Assembly (NCBI GenBank): GCA_964368295.1
Contig: CAYJBO010000005.1
Location: 1 to 57,373 of the forward strand
From: an uncultured Bacteroides sp.
GTDB lineage: Bacteria; Bacillota; Clostridia; Oscillospirales; Ruminococcaceae
Direction of reading: 5' to 3'
Length of the DNA: 57,373 bases
Shown here: in pieces, positions 18,887 to 28,740 of the stretch
How positions within the stretch are numbered: the stretch's first letter is position 1
Layout of the letters: each line of letters starts with the position of its first letter
The notes under the pieces: generated by a model
What the model saw: only the letters and a program-made list of their open reading frames with translations
Database searches by the model: none
What the model was told of the DNA's origin: nothing
Made by a program: the position numbers and the translations under genes

Positions 18887-20107
18887 TCAATTTAACAAAT
18901 CAAATTTATCCATAAGGCTCAACCTGCGCTCGCTTAAGCTTACAGAATTATTTAGCAATTTTTTACTTGCCTTTATGTTTTTTAAGTGCTTTACTATTTG
19001 GCTAATCCAAACAACAGGCAACAGTATGGGGTATTTTTTTGCATAGCAATATTTTTCGGGCAAGTTTTTGTAGCTTATAAATATTTTGTTAAACGCAAAC
19101 CAAAATTTGTTTGTTTTAGTCTTGCTGTAAAACTCATTATACACAACCGAGGACGCCATCTGTGCCGTTTGGTCTGCCTTGTGTACAATTCCAACTTGCA
19201 AAAGCTCCGAGAGCATATCCTCTATATCATAGTAATCGCCTTTAACTTTATCATTTAAAATTGCATCATTCATATTTAAATATTTTACGCAGCATCGAAA
19301 AAACACTTCAGCAAAAGTGCTGTAACCAACTTTGTCCATAGCCGCCCAAAATTCTTTTTTGTCTATTTTATCAATGTACTTATTAACAAATAAAGTTATG
19401 TCCGAAAAGTGGATTAGCTCTATGCCTTTATACGCAAGATGTTTTACCATATGGTACATTTGGAAAATTAAGTGCTGCATATGTCCCAAAGTAATTATTT
19501 GCGAGCCCTCAAAATCAACGGCAATACAGGTAGAACTGCGCGCGATATCCAGCTTATCCAAGGCTTGGGTTTGCTTTGTATGGTAGTCTTCCCACAGTTT
19601 TAAGTGCAGCTCTACCATCAATTTGTTTTTAATATAAATTAGTACATTTGTTTTAGAGTACTCTTTTAAGAATGTGTATTTTCTGCTCTCAAAAATTTCA
19701 TTTATGCCGCTTAAGTTAGCGCTGTCAACCAAAAGGTCGGCATCGTACATAAAGCGTGTTTCGGGGTAGGGGTATAACTGGGACAAAGCCAGACCTTTAA
19801 AGGCAATGACCTCAACTTTTTTGTCGTATGCTTGTTTTAACAGCTCTACAGTTTCTTTATTTGCTACTTTTTGTTTGTATGTACTTTGGAATATTTGCTG
19901 TTGCCATGTGCGCATTAAGTCTTTTGGTGGCTGTAAGTTTGCCGGCAAATTTTTGGCTGTGTTGTAAACAATGCCAAGCAGTTTATTCTCATTTAGCTGT
20001 GGGTACAGGCTAGGCCAATCTAGCACACAACCCTGTGGTACATAAAACTGCGTTGTATGAATGGCTGCTTTTAGCAACTCAAAAAGCACTTTGTTATCAT
20101 TGTTCAA
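18887..20107 (-). CDS. Nucleotidyltransferase (NTP_transf_5 type, PsmN-like), probable lasso-peptide tailoring enzyme
   Basis: FKGLAL..LYP.PETR.M.DADLLV and VELH motifs; this family is known from Firmicutes lasso clusters that carry kinases. Confidence 0.8.
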   Translation of the reverse strand: MNNDNKVLFELLKAAIHTTQFYVPQGCVLDWPSLYPQLNENKLLGIVYNTAKNLPANLQPPKDLMRTWQQQIFQSTYKQKVANKETVELLKQAYDKKVEVIAFKGLALSQLYPYPETRFMYDADLLVDSANLSGINEIFESRKYTFLKEYSKTNVLIYIKNKLMVELHLKLWEDYHTKQTQALDKLDIARSSTCIAVDFEGSQIITLGHMQHLIFQMYHMVKHLAYKGIELIHFSDITLFVNKYIDKIDKKEFWAAMDKVGYSTFAEVFFRCCVKYLNMNDAILNDKVKGDYYDIEDMLSELLQVGIVHKADQTAQMASSVVYNEFYSKTKTNKFWFAFNKIFISYKNLPEKYCYAKKYPILLPVVWISQIVKHLKNIKASKKLLNNSVSLSERRLSLMDKFDLLN

Positions 20108-20156
20108 AATCTCAAGCCACCTATCCGATTAAGTATTTTTTACTATTTACATAGTT

Positions 20157-21347
20157 TTAAATTTTGTTAGTTCTCTTGCGCGCGCCGAGCAAGCTTGTTT
20201 TTTTTATTTTATTTGCGGCTTTCAGTTTGTCTAATTTTTCAAGCGCATCAAAATCCACATTGCACATTAATAAAAGCAATACCATACTTACAACCTCATG
20301 CAACAAAACAGACGCAAACATAGTTAAAAACACAAAGACCAAATAAAAATAGCAGTAGAAATTTCTGTGTATCTTTATAAGGTTAAAAAGCGAAAAGCAA
20401 AAAACTATAAGCCCTATAATTGTTGTCTCTATATATATTCTAAGCAAGTCGGCATGGAAAGTTGAGGAGACATGCCCTGCGGCTTCGTTTGCCAAAACAT
20501 ATTGGATTGCGCCCCTGCCCAATGTATCTCCCTCATAATTTAAAATATACGTTATTTGATCAAAGCGCCCCATGGTAAACTCTTGAAAAGTCTTTTCAAA
20601 CGTTGCGTTAAACCACGCCACAAATTCAGGTGATAATATTAAATCTAACATTAATGGCGAGGCAATAAATACAACCGCCGTTAAATTTATTAAAAAAATT
20701 GGCACTTTTTTATTTTTAAAAAGCCAGCCAAACGCCGCAATTGCTATTATAAATAAAACGGATAATCGCTTAAAAGACAAAAATGCAAACACAAAAGTTA
20801 TTATGGTAAGCACACGCCTTTTTCGCGCATAAAAATAAGTAAACACTGCTGTTAAAGGCAGCGATGCAAAATGTTCAAACGGCGAATACGAATCGCTAAA
20901 CGATATGCTTAAATAGGCATTGATGTTGAACATTATATTGAGGTTAGAGCTTAAAAAAAACAACAATTCGCCAATCATAATGGCAATAAAGTAAAAGTCT
21001 TTATTGGGGTCTTTATCCAAATTGATAATGACATAAACCAAAAGCAAAGGTAATACCATGTATAAAATATCGTTAGTAAAATAAATCCCAAAACCATTAA
21101 AAAGCATAGCGATAAAAGAGATAAATAAAAACACGGCAGTGCAAACGCCAATCTGTATTAACGTATAATTTTTAAATTTAATTTTTTCTCTTTCATGTAT
21201 CAATATCATTAAGCCGACTACAGCAGTTACCAGCAGAAAAAAATATTTATAATCATCATTATAATACAGTGTTACAGAAGCATAACATGTCGCGGCTATA
21301 TAAACTATAAATAACATGCGAAAAAAGCGTGTGTTTAAAACAATCAT
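20157..21347 (-). CDS. wzy: Putative Wzy polysaccharide polymerase
   Basis: About 10 TM segments, SFKR, MGR and H.DLLRIY.E.GxIG-like loop motifs; EPS context. Confidence 0.65.
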   Translation of the reverse strand: MIVLNTRFFRMLFIVYIAATCYASVTLYYNDDYKYFFLLVTAVVGLMILIHEREKIKFKNYTLIQIGVCTAVFLFISFIAMLFNGFGIYFTNDILYMVLPLLLVYVIINLDKDPNKDFYFIAIMIGELLFFLSSNLNIMFNINAYLSISFSDSYSPFEHFASLPLTAVFTYFYARKRRVLTIITFVFAFLSFKRLSVLFIIAIAAFGWLFKNKKVPIFLINLTAVVFIASPLMLDLILSPEFVAWFNATFEKTFQEFTMGRFDQITYILNYEGDTLGRGAIQYVLANEAAGHVSSTFHADLLRIYIETTIIGLIVFCFSLFNLIKIHRNFYCYFYLVFVFLTMFASVLLHEVVSMVLLLLMCNVDFDALEKLDKLKAANKIKKTSLLGARKRTNKI

Positions 21348-21431
21348 ATAAATCCTCAAAACATTATTTAGCACAAACAATATTGCACAGCGCATACCAA
21401 AACTCTTTATTGCTAATGCATTTTGCGCCTA

Positions 21432-22298
21432 TTACTTTGTGCTATGCAAAGTAACCGTTACAAGCTCCGGCGGGTTATTAAAGCGCAAATCAACATCTGC
21501 CTCTCCAAGCCCACGAGACGATACCATGGTAGTGTCGTTTTCAACAAACACACCGCCATCATAGGCAGGAAAAAATAAGGTGTCATAAGATATTAAGCCG
21601 CCTATTATCGGCAGGCGTATAATTCCGCCGTGGGTGTGCCCTGCAAAAACAAGGTCAAACTCCATAAGCGAGAGCTCGTCAAACAAATTGCTAAAATGCG
21701 AAAGAATAACATTAAACTGCTCCGTGTCGCTTGGCCTTAAATCGGTGATAAGCCAAAAATGCCCCTGTTCATTAAAATACATATATTGGCCGTATATCAT
21801 TATTTCCTCGCCAGAGCCCTCTATTGGCGAGCTAACTTTAACGCTAGTGCCATCTGTTATAATAACGCCTTTTTCCAAGTAAAGTCGGTGCAGCCTTTCC
21901 CTGTCTTCTAAGTTATCCATCTCGTGGTTGCCATCAACCGAATAAACAGGGGCGATTAACATCAGCTCCTCTGTCAGGTGCTCCATTAACTCAAAATCAA
22001 AATAATCGCGATTTACCATATCGCCTGTCATAACTATAATATCCGGCCCAAAGTTTTTAACCTCATCTATCAGCTCTTGCTGTCCGCTTGAAATTTCATT
22101 ATTGTGAAGGTCTGAGATATGCGCTATTTTATAGCCCTCAAAACTTTGGGGTAGTTTTTCGCTACTTATGTCATAATGGCTTACGCTTAAACTTCTGTCT
22201 TGAAAAACAAACATAAGCACAGCTACACTAAAAAGCAATGCAATTATAATAAGTACGCTTGCAAATATTTTTTTCCTTCTTTTAGCTCTTCTCCTCAT
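21432..22298 (-). CDS. Membrane-anchored calcineurin-like metallophosphoesterase
   Basis: SDLH, TGD, GNHE, LSH, AGHTHGG and SRGLG motifs. Confidence 0.9.
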   Translation of the reverse strand: MRRRAKRRKKIFASVLIIIALLFSVAVLMFVFQDRSLSVSHYDISSEKLPQSFEGYKIAHISDLHNNEISSGQQELIDEVKNFGPDIIVMTGDMVNRDYFDFELMEHLTEELMLIAPVYSVDGNHEMDNLEDRERLHRLYLEKGVIITDGTSVKVSSPIEGSGEEIMIYGQYMYFNEQGHFWLITDLRPSDTEQFNVILSHFSNLFDELSLMEFDLVFAGHTHGGIIRLPIIGGLISYDTLFFPAYDGGVFVENDTTMVSSRGLGEADVDLRFNNPPELVTVTLHSTK

Positions 22299-22341
22299 AT
22301 AAACCCTTTACACTATTTTTAAACAGCACGGCTTTCTACAT

Positions 22342-23544
22342 CTATTTTGTATAGTAAGGCAGTAGTTTTTTTACATATTCACCGGCGTTATCAAACTTAA
22401 CATCCCCACAATTTTTAATATACGTATTAAGCAGTTCGTCGTTATTGTAAACCTTGGTAATAGCTTGCTTTAAATCTTGCACGTTCCCGCTTTCGAATAG
22501 TTCCCCTGTTTTACCGCTCTGCAAAAGTTCCGGTATTCCGCCAATATTTGCGCCTATAACAGGTGTTTTATACATTAAGCTCTCCATTACAGAAAACGGG
22601 CAGTTTTCGTACCATTGTGACGGATATATGCTTAATTTTGCTTCCTTTATAAGCTTTTCAAGGCTTTCCCCTGTTTGAAACCCGACATTCTCAATATTCT
22701 CTATATTTTTTATGCTGTCCTCCAGCGGGCCTGCGCCGGCAAACTTAAATTTTATATCCGGCAAAAGCTTACATACTTCAATTAATGTATCTATGCCTTT
22801 TTCTATCGAAAACCTGCCAAAATAAATAATATAATCCTTTTTTTGTACGTCTGCATTTTCTGGCGTGTCTATAAAATTATGTATAGCAACAGACTTTTGT
22901 GCCAGTATTGGGTTTGTGTCCAATATAGTTTTTATAAATCTGCTACAGCAAATTATGGTGTCTAACTCTTTGTAAACATTTTTTAGTTTCCAAAAATAGG
23001 CCTCTGTAGCACTTATTATGCTTTTTACAGTAGAGCCATGCACACATTTGCCCTTTATGCAGTTATAAAATTTTCCACCGACACATTTTTCGCAAATTTT
23101 GCCGGTTATAGGGTTTTTCATCAAATGGTTTGGGCATATCAACTGTGAATCATGCGCCGTATAAATAATATTTACTTTGTGGTTATTGTCTTTGCTCCAT
23201 TTTCTTATTGCCAGTATAATGCTGGGCGTTAATTGAAAATTAAAGTTATTAATATGTACTACATCCGGCTTAAAATCATTCAAGATCAAGTGCATTTTCT
23301 TTCTGGCATCAAAAGAATAAATTATTTTAAAGGGATATGTAATTTTATCTCTAAAGCGCGCATTATGAAAATCCATATTTTCTGTGTACAAGTTTAAATT
23401 ATTGCCCACACATCTGTTTTCGTGCTCCATGCCAAAATATTCAACCTGATGCCCTAGCTTTACAAGGCTTTCGCCCAGCTTAAAGGTGTAAGTTTCAGCG
23501 CCGCCAATCGCGTGCAAAAATTTATTAACTATTAAAACTTTCAT
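22342..23544 (-). CDS. GT4 glycosyltransferase
   Basis: GGAE, GRFSIEKG, E.CP..VMES, GGIPE. Confidence 0.9.
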   Translation of the reverse strand: MKVLIVNKFLHAIGGAETYTFKLGESLVKLGHQVEYFGMEHENRCVGNNLNLYTENMDFHNARFRDKITYPFKIIYSFDARKKMHLILNDFKPDVVHINNFNFQLTPSIILAIRKWSKDNNHKVNIIYTAHDSQLICPNHLMKNPITGKICEKCVGGKFYNCIKGKCVHGSTVKSIISATEAYFWKLKNVYKELDTIICCSRFIKTILDTNPILAQKSVAIHNFIDTPENADVQKKDYIIYFGRFSIEKGIDTLIEVCKLLPDIKFKFAGAGPLEDSIKNIENIENVGFQTGESLEKLIKEAKLSIYPSQWYENCPFSVMESLMYKTPVIGANIGGIPELLQSGKTGELFESGNVQDLKQAITKVYNNDELLNTYIKNCGDVKFDNAGEYVKKLLPYYTK

Positions 23545-23583
23545 TTATTACCCTTCATCTTCAATATATTTTTAAATGCCAGC

Positions 23584-24576
23584 TCAAGTTTTCGGCTTTA
23601 ATTTCCATAGTAAAAACGGCACAAAATACAAGCGCTTTTTAAGCAAAAATAAAGTGACACGTTTTTTTGTAGATGCCTCTTTTAAATATTTGTTATTTGA
23701 CCATTTTGGAAACTTAGTGTTTGTATAAGCCACAAGTTTATTTAAAATAGGCGCATAGCTTTGATGTTTTAAAATGTTAATACTTGTTGAGTACAGCAAG
23801 TACGAAAAAGTGTAATAACAAAGCTCGTCATAATATTTGTCGTAAATCTCTTTGCTTTTAAACCAAGTTATAAGCTCGTCTATTACGGTAAAATTATCAT
23901 TAAAATCGTCAAAGTTTTTTGTGTGCATTATCGAGCCGCCACGCTGCAAATAATTGTACAGTACATCTTCAATAAAAACCACACTTTTGCAATTTATAAT
24001 AATCTTGGGTACTGTGCAAAGGTCTTCGTACAGCAGCCCCTTTGGAAAATACAGGTTATTGCTTGTTATAACACTTTTTTTTGTTATTCTTGTGCTGGCA
24101 GAATGCATTTGTGTCAGTATGGACGGCGCTGTGCTTGCATCTAAAATTTTGTTAAGCGCTGGCGGATTATAAGTTTGCCCCGGCGCCGTTGTTCCGTCTT
24201 CAAAGCACCTAATGTAATCAAAGCAAAGCATATCGGGAAAATTAAATTCTTGCAGCTTTTTTGCCAACAGCGAAACTGTATTAATTTTAACAGTGTCGTC
24301 ACTGTCGACAAAAAAAATGTACTCCCCACTTGCGCTCTGTGTGCCTTTGTTTCTGGCATCGCTCAAGCCGCCGTTCTCTTTGTGTATAACTTTTATTAAG
24401 TCCGGGTACTCTTTTTTATACTCATCACAAATCGCGCCGCTCTTATCGGTCGAGCCATCGTTTACAAGTATAACTTCCATATTGCTATACGGGTTTGTAA
24501 TTATACTCTCAACGCATGTGGTTAAATATTTTTCCACGTTGTAAACAGGAATGACAACTGAAATTGATGTGTCCAC
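23584..24576 (-). CDS. GT2 glycosyltransferase
   Basis: SVVIPVYNVEKYL, NDGSTD, GGLSDARN, FVDSDD, YEDL. Confidence 0.92.
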   Translation of the reverse strand: MDTSISVVIPVYNVEKYLTTCVESIITNPYSNMEVILVNDGSTDKSGAICDEYKKEYPDLIKVIHKENGGLSDARNKGTQSASGEYIFFVDSDDTVKINTVSLLAKKLQEFNFPDMLCFDYIRCFEDGTTAPGQTYNPPALNKILDASTAPSILTQMHSASTRITKKSVITSNNLYFPKGLLYEDLCTVPKIIINCKSVVFIEDVLYNYLQRGGSIMHTKNFDDFNDNFTVIDELITWFKSKEIYDKYYDELCYYTFSYLLYSTSINILKHQSYAPILNKLVAYTNTKFPKWSNNKYLKEASTKKRVTLFLLKKRLYFVPFLLWKLKPKT

Positions 24577-24728
24577 GCAAGACCCTCCTAAGGCGTAAAA
24601 TATACATTATATTATACCATATTTACAAGCATTTTTAAACTATAACAAGCAATTTGCATACATCTCACAACAAAATAGTTGTTTATTCTAAATTTTGGTT
24701 AATGTCAAACACATAAATGGTAATATTG

Positions 24729-24756
24729 TTGACATTTTTTTGATGAATGATATAAT
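24729..24756 (+). promoter_or_regulatory. sigmaA promoter of the GT4 gene
   Basis: TTGACA-16 bp-TATAAT with an extended TG. Confidence 0.6.
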
Positions 24757-24817
24757 ATGAACAATTAATACCACCATTTATAGACACGCCGTTTTAAATG
24801 GCAGGACGGAGCATTAA

Positions 24818-25933
24818 ATGAAAATAGCCATGCTTGGGCATAAACGAATACCCTCACGCGAGGGCGGAATAGAAGTTGTTGTAGAAGAGCTTTGCGAAAG
24901 GCTTGTAAAACTTGGGCACGAGGTTACATGTTACAACCGCAAGGGCAAGCATGTTTCCGGGGAGACTTACAGCAATACAAAGCAGCTAAAAGAATACAAG
25001 GGCATTAAGCTTAAATATGTTTTTACATTAGATAAAAAAGGTTTGGCCGCAATGACATCCTCATTATTTGGTGCAATTGCAATTGCTTTTTCAAACTGCG
25101 ACGTTGTGCATTTTCACGCCGAGGGGCCGTGCGCAATGATGTGGATACCCAAGTTGTTTGGCAAAAAATGCATAGCGACAATACACGGCTTAGATTGGCA
25201 GAGGAACAAATGGGGCGGATTTGCCAGCGCCTATATAAAGTTTGGCGAAAAAACTGCGGTTAAGTGCGCCGACAAAATTATTGTCTTAAGCGAAAACGTA
25301 AAAAAATATTTTTATGATACATATAATATAAATGCGGTTTTTATTCCAAACGGGGTTACAAGGCCCAATATTGTAAAAGCGGACGAAATTACTGATAAGT
25401 TTAACCTTGACAAAGACAGCTACGTTTTATACCTTGGCCGAATGGTGCCGGAAAAAGGTGTGCACTATTTAATCGATGCTTTTAAATCGATTGAAACCGA
25501 TAAAAAGTTAGTTATCGCAGGCGGCTCTAGCGACAGCTCGGAATATTTTTCTCAGCTTAAAAGCATGGCCCAAGGCGACGAGAGAATAATTTTTACCGAT
25601 TTTGTGAGCGGCAAAACCCTCGAAGAGCTCTACTCAAACGCATATGTATATACCTTGCCGTCGGACTTAGAGGGTATGCCTTTAAGCCTGCTGGAAGCTA
25701 TGAGCTATGGCAACTGCGTTTTGGGCTCGGACATAGAAGAGATTGCCGAAGTTGTCGAGGATAAAGGCGTGTTGTTTAAAAAGGCGGACGTTAAGGACCT
25801 TAAAGAAAATTTAGACCACTTGCTTAAAAACCCCGATGTTGTACAAATGCATAAGAGTTCATCTCGCGATTTTATTTGCAAAAAATACTCCCTTGATGAC
25901 ATTGCTAAACAAACATTAGCGCTATACAGTTAA
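24818..25933 (+). CDS. GT4 glycosyltransferase
   Basis: GHKRIPSREGGIE, GRMVPEKG, EGMPLSLLEAMSYG. Confidence 0.92.
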   Translation: MKIAMLGHKRIPSREGGIEVVVEELCERLVKLGHEVTCYNRKGKHVSGETYSNTKQLKEYKGIKLKYVFTLDKKGLAAMTSSLFGAIAIAFSNCDVVHFHAEGPCAMMWIPKLFGKKCIATIHGLDWQRNKWGGFASAYIKFGEKTAVKCADKIIVLSENVKKYFYDTYNINAVFIPNGVTRPNIVKADEITDKFNLDKDSYVLYLGRMVPEKGVHYLIDAFKSIETDKKLVIAGGSSDSSEYFSQLKSMAQGDERIIFTDFVSGKTLEELYSNAYVYTLPSDLEGMPLSLLEAMSYGNCVLGSDIEEIAEVVEDKGVLFKKADVKDLKENLDHLLKNPDVVQMHKSSSRDFICKKYSLDDIAKQTLALYS

Positions 25934-25955
25934 AAATACAGCAACATAATAGCTC

Positions 25956-25983
25956 AAGGTGCCATGATTATGGCGCCTTTTTT
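25956..25983 (+). terminator. Intrinsic terminator
   Basis: aaggtgccat-gatt-atggcgcctt followed by a T run. Confidence 0.7.
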
Positions 25984-26101
25984 ATTTGCGACTTTATATA
26001 AATAAAAAAACCTATCAAATTTATTGTGCAAAATTGTAAAATAAATTTAATAGGCTAAAATTGTTGTTTAAATTATTTTAAGTACTGCAAAAATGTATCG
26101 C

Positions 26102-27481
26102 CTAGCTAGCGCCACGGCGGGCAATAACTGCCGTCACCGTTTGTAAAATCAGCTTTATGTCAAGCATAAATGTCCACTCGTCAATATATTTTTTATCGAG
26201 CTCCACAACTTCTTCAAAATCTAAAATTTCGCTGCGCCCATTGACTTGCCACATTCCGGTTATACCGGGCATAATGCTAATACGGCGGTGGTGGTGGCGC
26301 TGATATTTTTCAACTTCATCGACAGTAGGAGGGCGAGTGCCCACAATGCTCATATTGCGCATCAAGACGTTTATCAACTGCGGAAGCTCGTCTATGCTGG
26401 TTTTTCGTATAAATTTACCTACTTTTGTAATGCGTGGGTCATCGTCTATTTTAAACATCAGGCCGTCTTTAATTTTGTTTTGCGCCTGTAGCTCGCTCTT
26501 GCGCTCCTCGGCATCTTGATACATTGAGCGAAACTTATACATTTTAAACCTTTTGCCGTTTCGCCCAACACGTGTTTGACAAAATAGTGCAGGACCCGGA
26601 GATTCTAACTTAATTGCAATGGTGGTTATAAGAAACACCGGCGAAAAAACAATTAAGCCTAATACTGCGCAAAATATGTCTAAAACCGATTTAAAGAAAA
26701 GTTGAACCGTGTCGAAAGAAGTGCTGTGATAGGTTAAAACCGGCAATGTGCCTATATTGCTCACAAAGCGTTTGGATTCCGGCAAATCGTACAAGTCTAA
26801 AATTAACCGCGCCGTAACGCCCATATCCTCAGAAATTTTTAATATTTTTGAGATGTTAAGGTAGTTGTTTTCGGCTGTGTCTTGAACCACAACAACTTCG
26901 CTCACGCTCATCTCAATAAGCAAATTTTCAAATGCCTCTTCTGTTTTTAGCTCATCACTGTGAAAGTTAATTCTTTTATCCACCATAATTTTTAACGACG
27001 TCTTGCCCATGAAAGTTAAATACTGCTCGCATATTTGCTTGCTGCCTATAAAAAGAATATGCGTGTAAATGTTGCCAAAGCGCGAGCGGCGCAAGAGCAT
27101 AGCAATTAGCCTTGCGCTAAGTGTGCTAGCAAAACAAAAGCACATAAACATCAAAAAGAACAAGCGGCTAGCCCCATCTTGCTTTGCAAAAAATACTACC
27201 GCGCTTAAACTAAATGTCCCCAGCAATGTCGATGCAACTATTCTATGGATTTGCCTGTCTATGTATTGAAACGTTGTAACATCGTACATTCGCATCAAAA
27301 ACATCGACAGCGTAAACACTATTCCAAAAATAATTAACATCCAAGCGTGCTCATAAATAACAGAGAACCCTCTAATTTGTTTATATATAAGTGCGCTGAC
27401 AAAAAACGAGCCTATTATTAATAGTAAATCAATGATACTTCGCTGTATATTAAAATGAGCATTCATATTGCGTTTGTGCAA
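26102..27481 (-). CDS. Priming undecaprenyl-phosphate sugar phosphotransferase (CpsE/WcaJ-like)
   Basis: N-terminal TMs plus the sugar-transferase domain ([39 protein letters not shown]). TTG start after GGAAGGAG. Confidence 0.92.
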   Translation of the reverse strand: MHKRNMNAHFNIQRSIIDLLLIIGSFFVSALIYKQIRGFSVIYEHAWMLIIFGIVFTLSMFLMRMYDVTTFQYIDRQIHRIVASTLLGTFSLSAVVFFAKQDGASRLFFLMFMCFCFASTLSARLIAMLLRRSRFGNIYTHILFIGSKQICEQYLTFMGKTSLKIMVDKRINFHSDELKTEEAFENLLIEMSVSEVVVVQDTAENNYLNISKILKISEDMGVTARLILDLYDLPESKRFVSNIGTLPVLTYHSTSFDTVQLFFKSVLDIFCAVLGLIVFSPVFLITTIAIKLESPGPALFCQTRVGRNGKRFKMYKFRSMYQDAEERKSELQAQNKIKDGLMFKIDDDPRITKVGKFIRKTSIDELPQLINVLMRNMSIVGTRPPTVDEVEKYQRHHHRRISIMPGITGMWQVNGRSEILDFEEVVELDKKYIDEWTFMLDIKLILQTVTAVIARRGAS

Positions 27482-27543
27482 AATTATATTCTCCTTCCAA
27501 CAACACAAAATCTCGCATTTATAAGACTTAAAGCCAAACTAAT

Positions 27544-27561
27544 GGTTACATTTCGGTTACA
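27544..27561 (-). promoter_or_regulatory. Direct-repeat box TGTAACC-N4-TGTAACC
   Basis: Plus-strand ggttaca-tttc-ggttaca, about 60 bp upstream of the priming GT start. Confidence 0.6.
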
Positions 27562-28143
27562 TTTAAAGTGTTTACTGCGTTGTAAAGCAAGGCTAAAGCA
27601 TGCTTTAAATACATCAAATTATCTCTCTTTAGTACGGCATTATAGCATATTTTTTTATGTTTGTAAATAAGCACCCTTAAATTTTGACATTTTTTACACA
27701 GATATAACAACTAACGGATTATTGCTATTTTTTTGTTAAATAATTTTTTTGACGCTAGTGAAATTTGCAGGTGTATGTGCCCACCTGCCCGCCTTAATTA
27801 GTTTTAAATATTGCTTTGCGTGGGCTATGTTTTGACATAAATTGGCATGTGCGTAGCACCGCCATAAAATAAGTTTTAAATACTACATATTATTTATAAT
27901 TTAATTAATTTTAATATAAGACAAAACTGCAAACCAATCATTATGAGCAAAGCCTATACAAAGTAAAACTGCCGCTATTAATTTAGATAACGGCAGTTTG
28001 TTTCTTTTATTAATAGTCGGCTCTCTCCCTGTTTTTTTCTTTCCGCGTGGCTTTTTTATATTGCCAGAGTTAAATTTTCCTTGACGTATAAATTAATTTT
28101 GGTTATATTGGTATAGACATAATAACATATAAGGAGAGTAAAA

Positions 28144-28680
28144 ATGGATAATGAAATGATGAAAAAGCAGTCTTTGGGAAAGCGCAAAGTTTACAAAATA
28201 ATTTTTGTTTTATTGCTGGTTGTTTCGCTAATTTGTAACGGCGTGTTAGGATATTTATATTTAAGTAGCACCGAGGAGGTACTAAATTTAAACGCAGTTT
28301 ACAGCGAAGAATTTTTTCACTATAACTCGCTAACTGTTGAGGCGTTCGAAGAAAAAGTTGCCTCCGGCGATGACTTTATAGCTATAGTATCAAGGCCCAA
28401 TTGTGGCAGCTGCGAGTTTATTTACGAAGAAGTTATGCAGGCAACAGCCGAGATGGGCATTAACGATGAGCTATATTTTGTAAATGTTGTTTATTTGCAC
28501 CAAGACACCGACTCTTGGAACGCTTTTAAAGAAAAATACGGCTTTAGTGGCACACCTACATATGCACGCTTTGCAAACGGCGAGCCGGTTTCGATAATAG
28601 GCTGGACCCCCGAGCGCGGTGTAAATGCACAAGACGCAGAACTTTGGCTATTAGAACAAATGGATTTATTTGAAAAATAA
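28144..28680 (+). CDS. Membrane-anchored thioredoxin-like protein (bacteriocin-accessory type)
   Basis: N-terminal TM, RPNCGSC (CxxC), GTPT cis-Pro motif; TTGACG-17-TATATT promoter and AAGGAG RBS upstream. Confidence 0.8.
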   Translation: MDNEMMKKQSLGKRKVYKIIFVLLLVVSLICNGVLGYLYLSSTEEVLNLNAVYSEEFFHYNSLTVEAFEEKVASGDDFIAIVSRPNCGSCEFIYEEVMQATAEMGINDELYFVNVVYLHQDTDSWNAFKEKYGFSGTPTYARFANGEPVSIIGWTPERGVNAQDAELWLLEQMDLFEK

Positions 28681-28740
28681 TTAAAGCCACAGTATTTATA
28701 CGCTTTATGCCCTACATTTAAAACGTTAAAGCGCCTGGGT

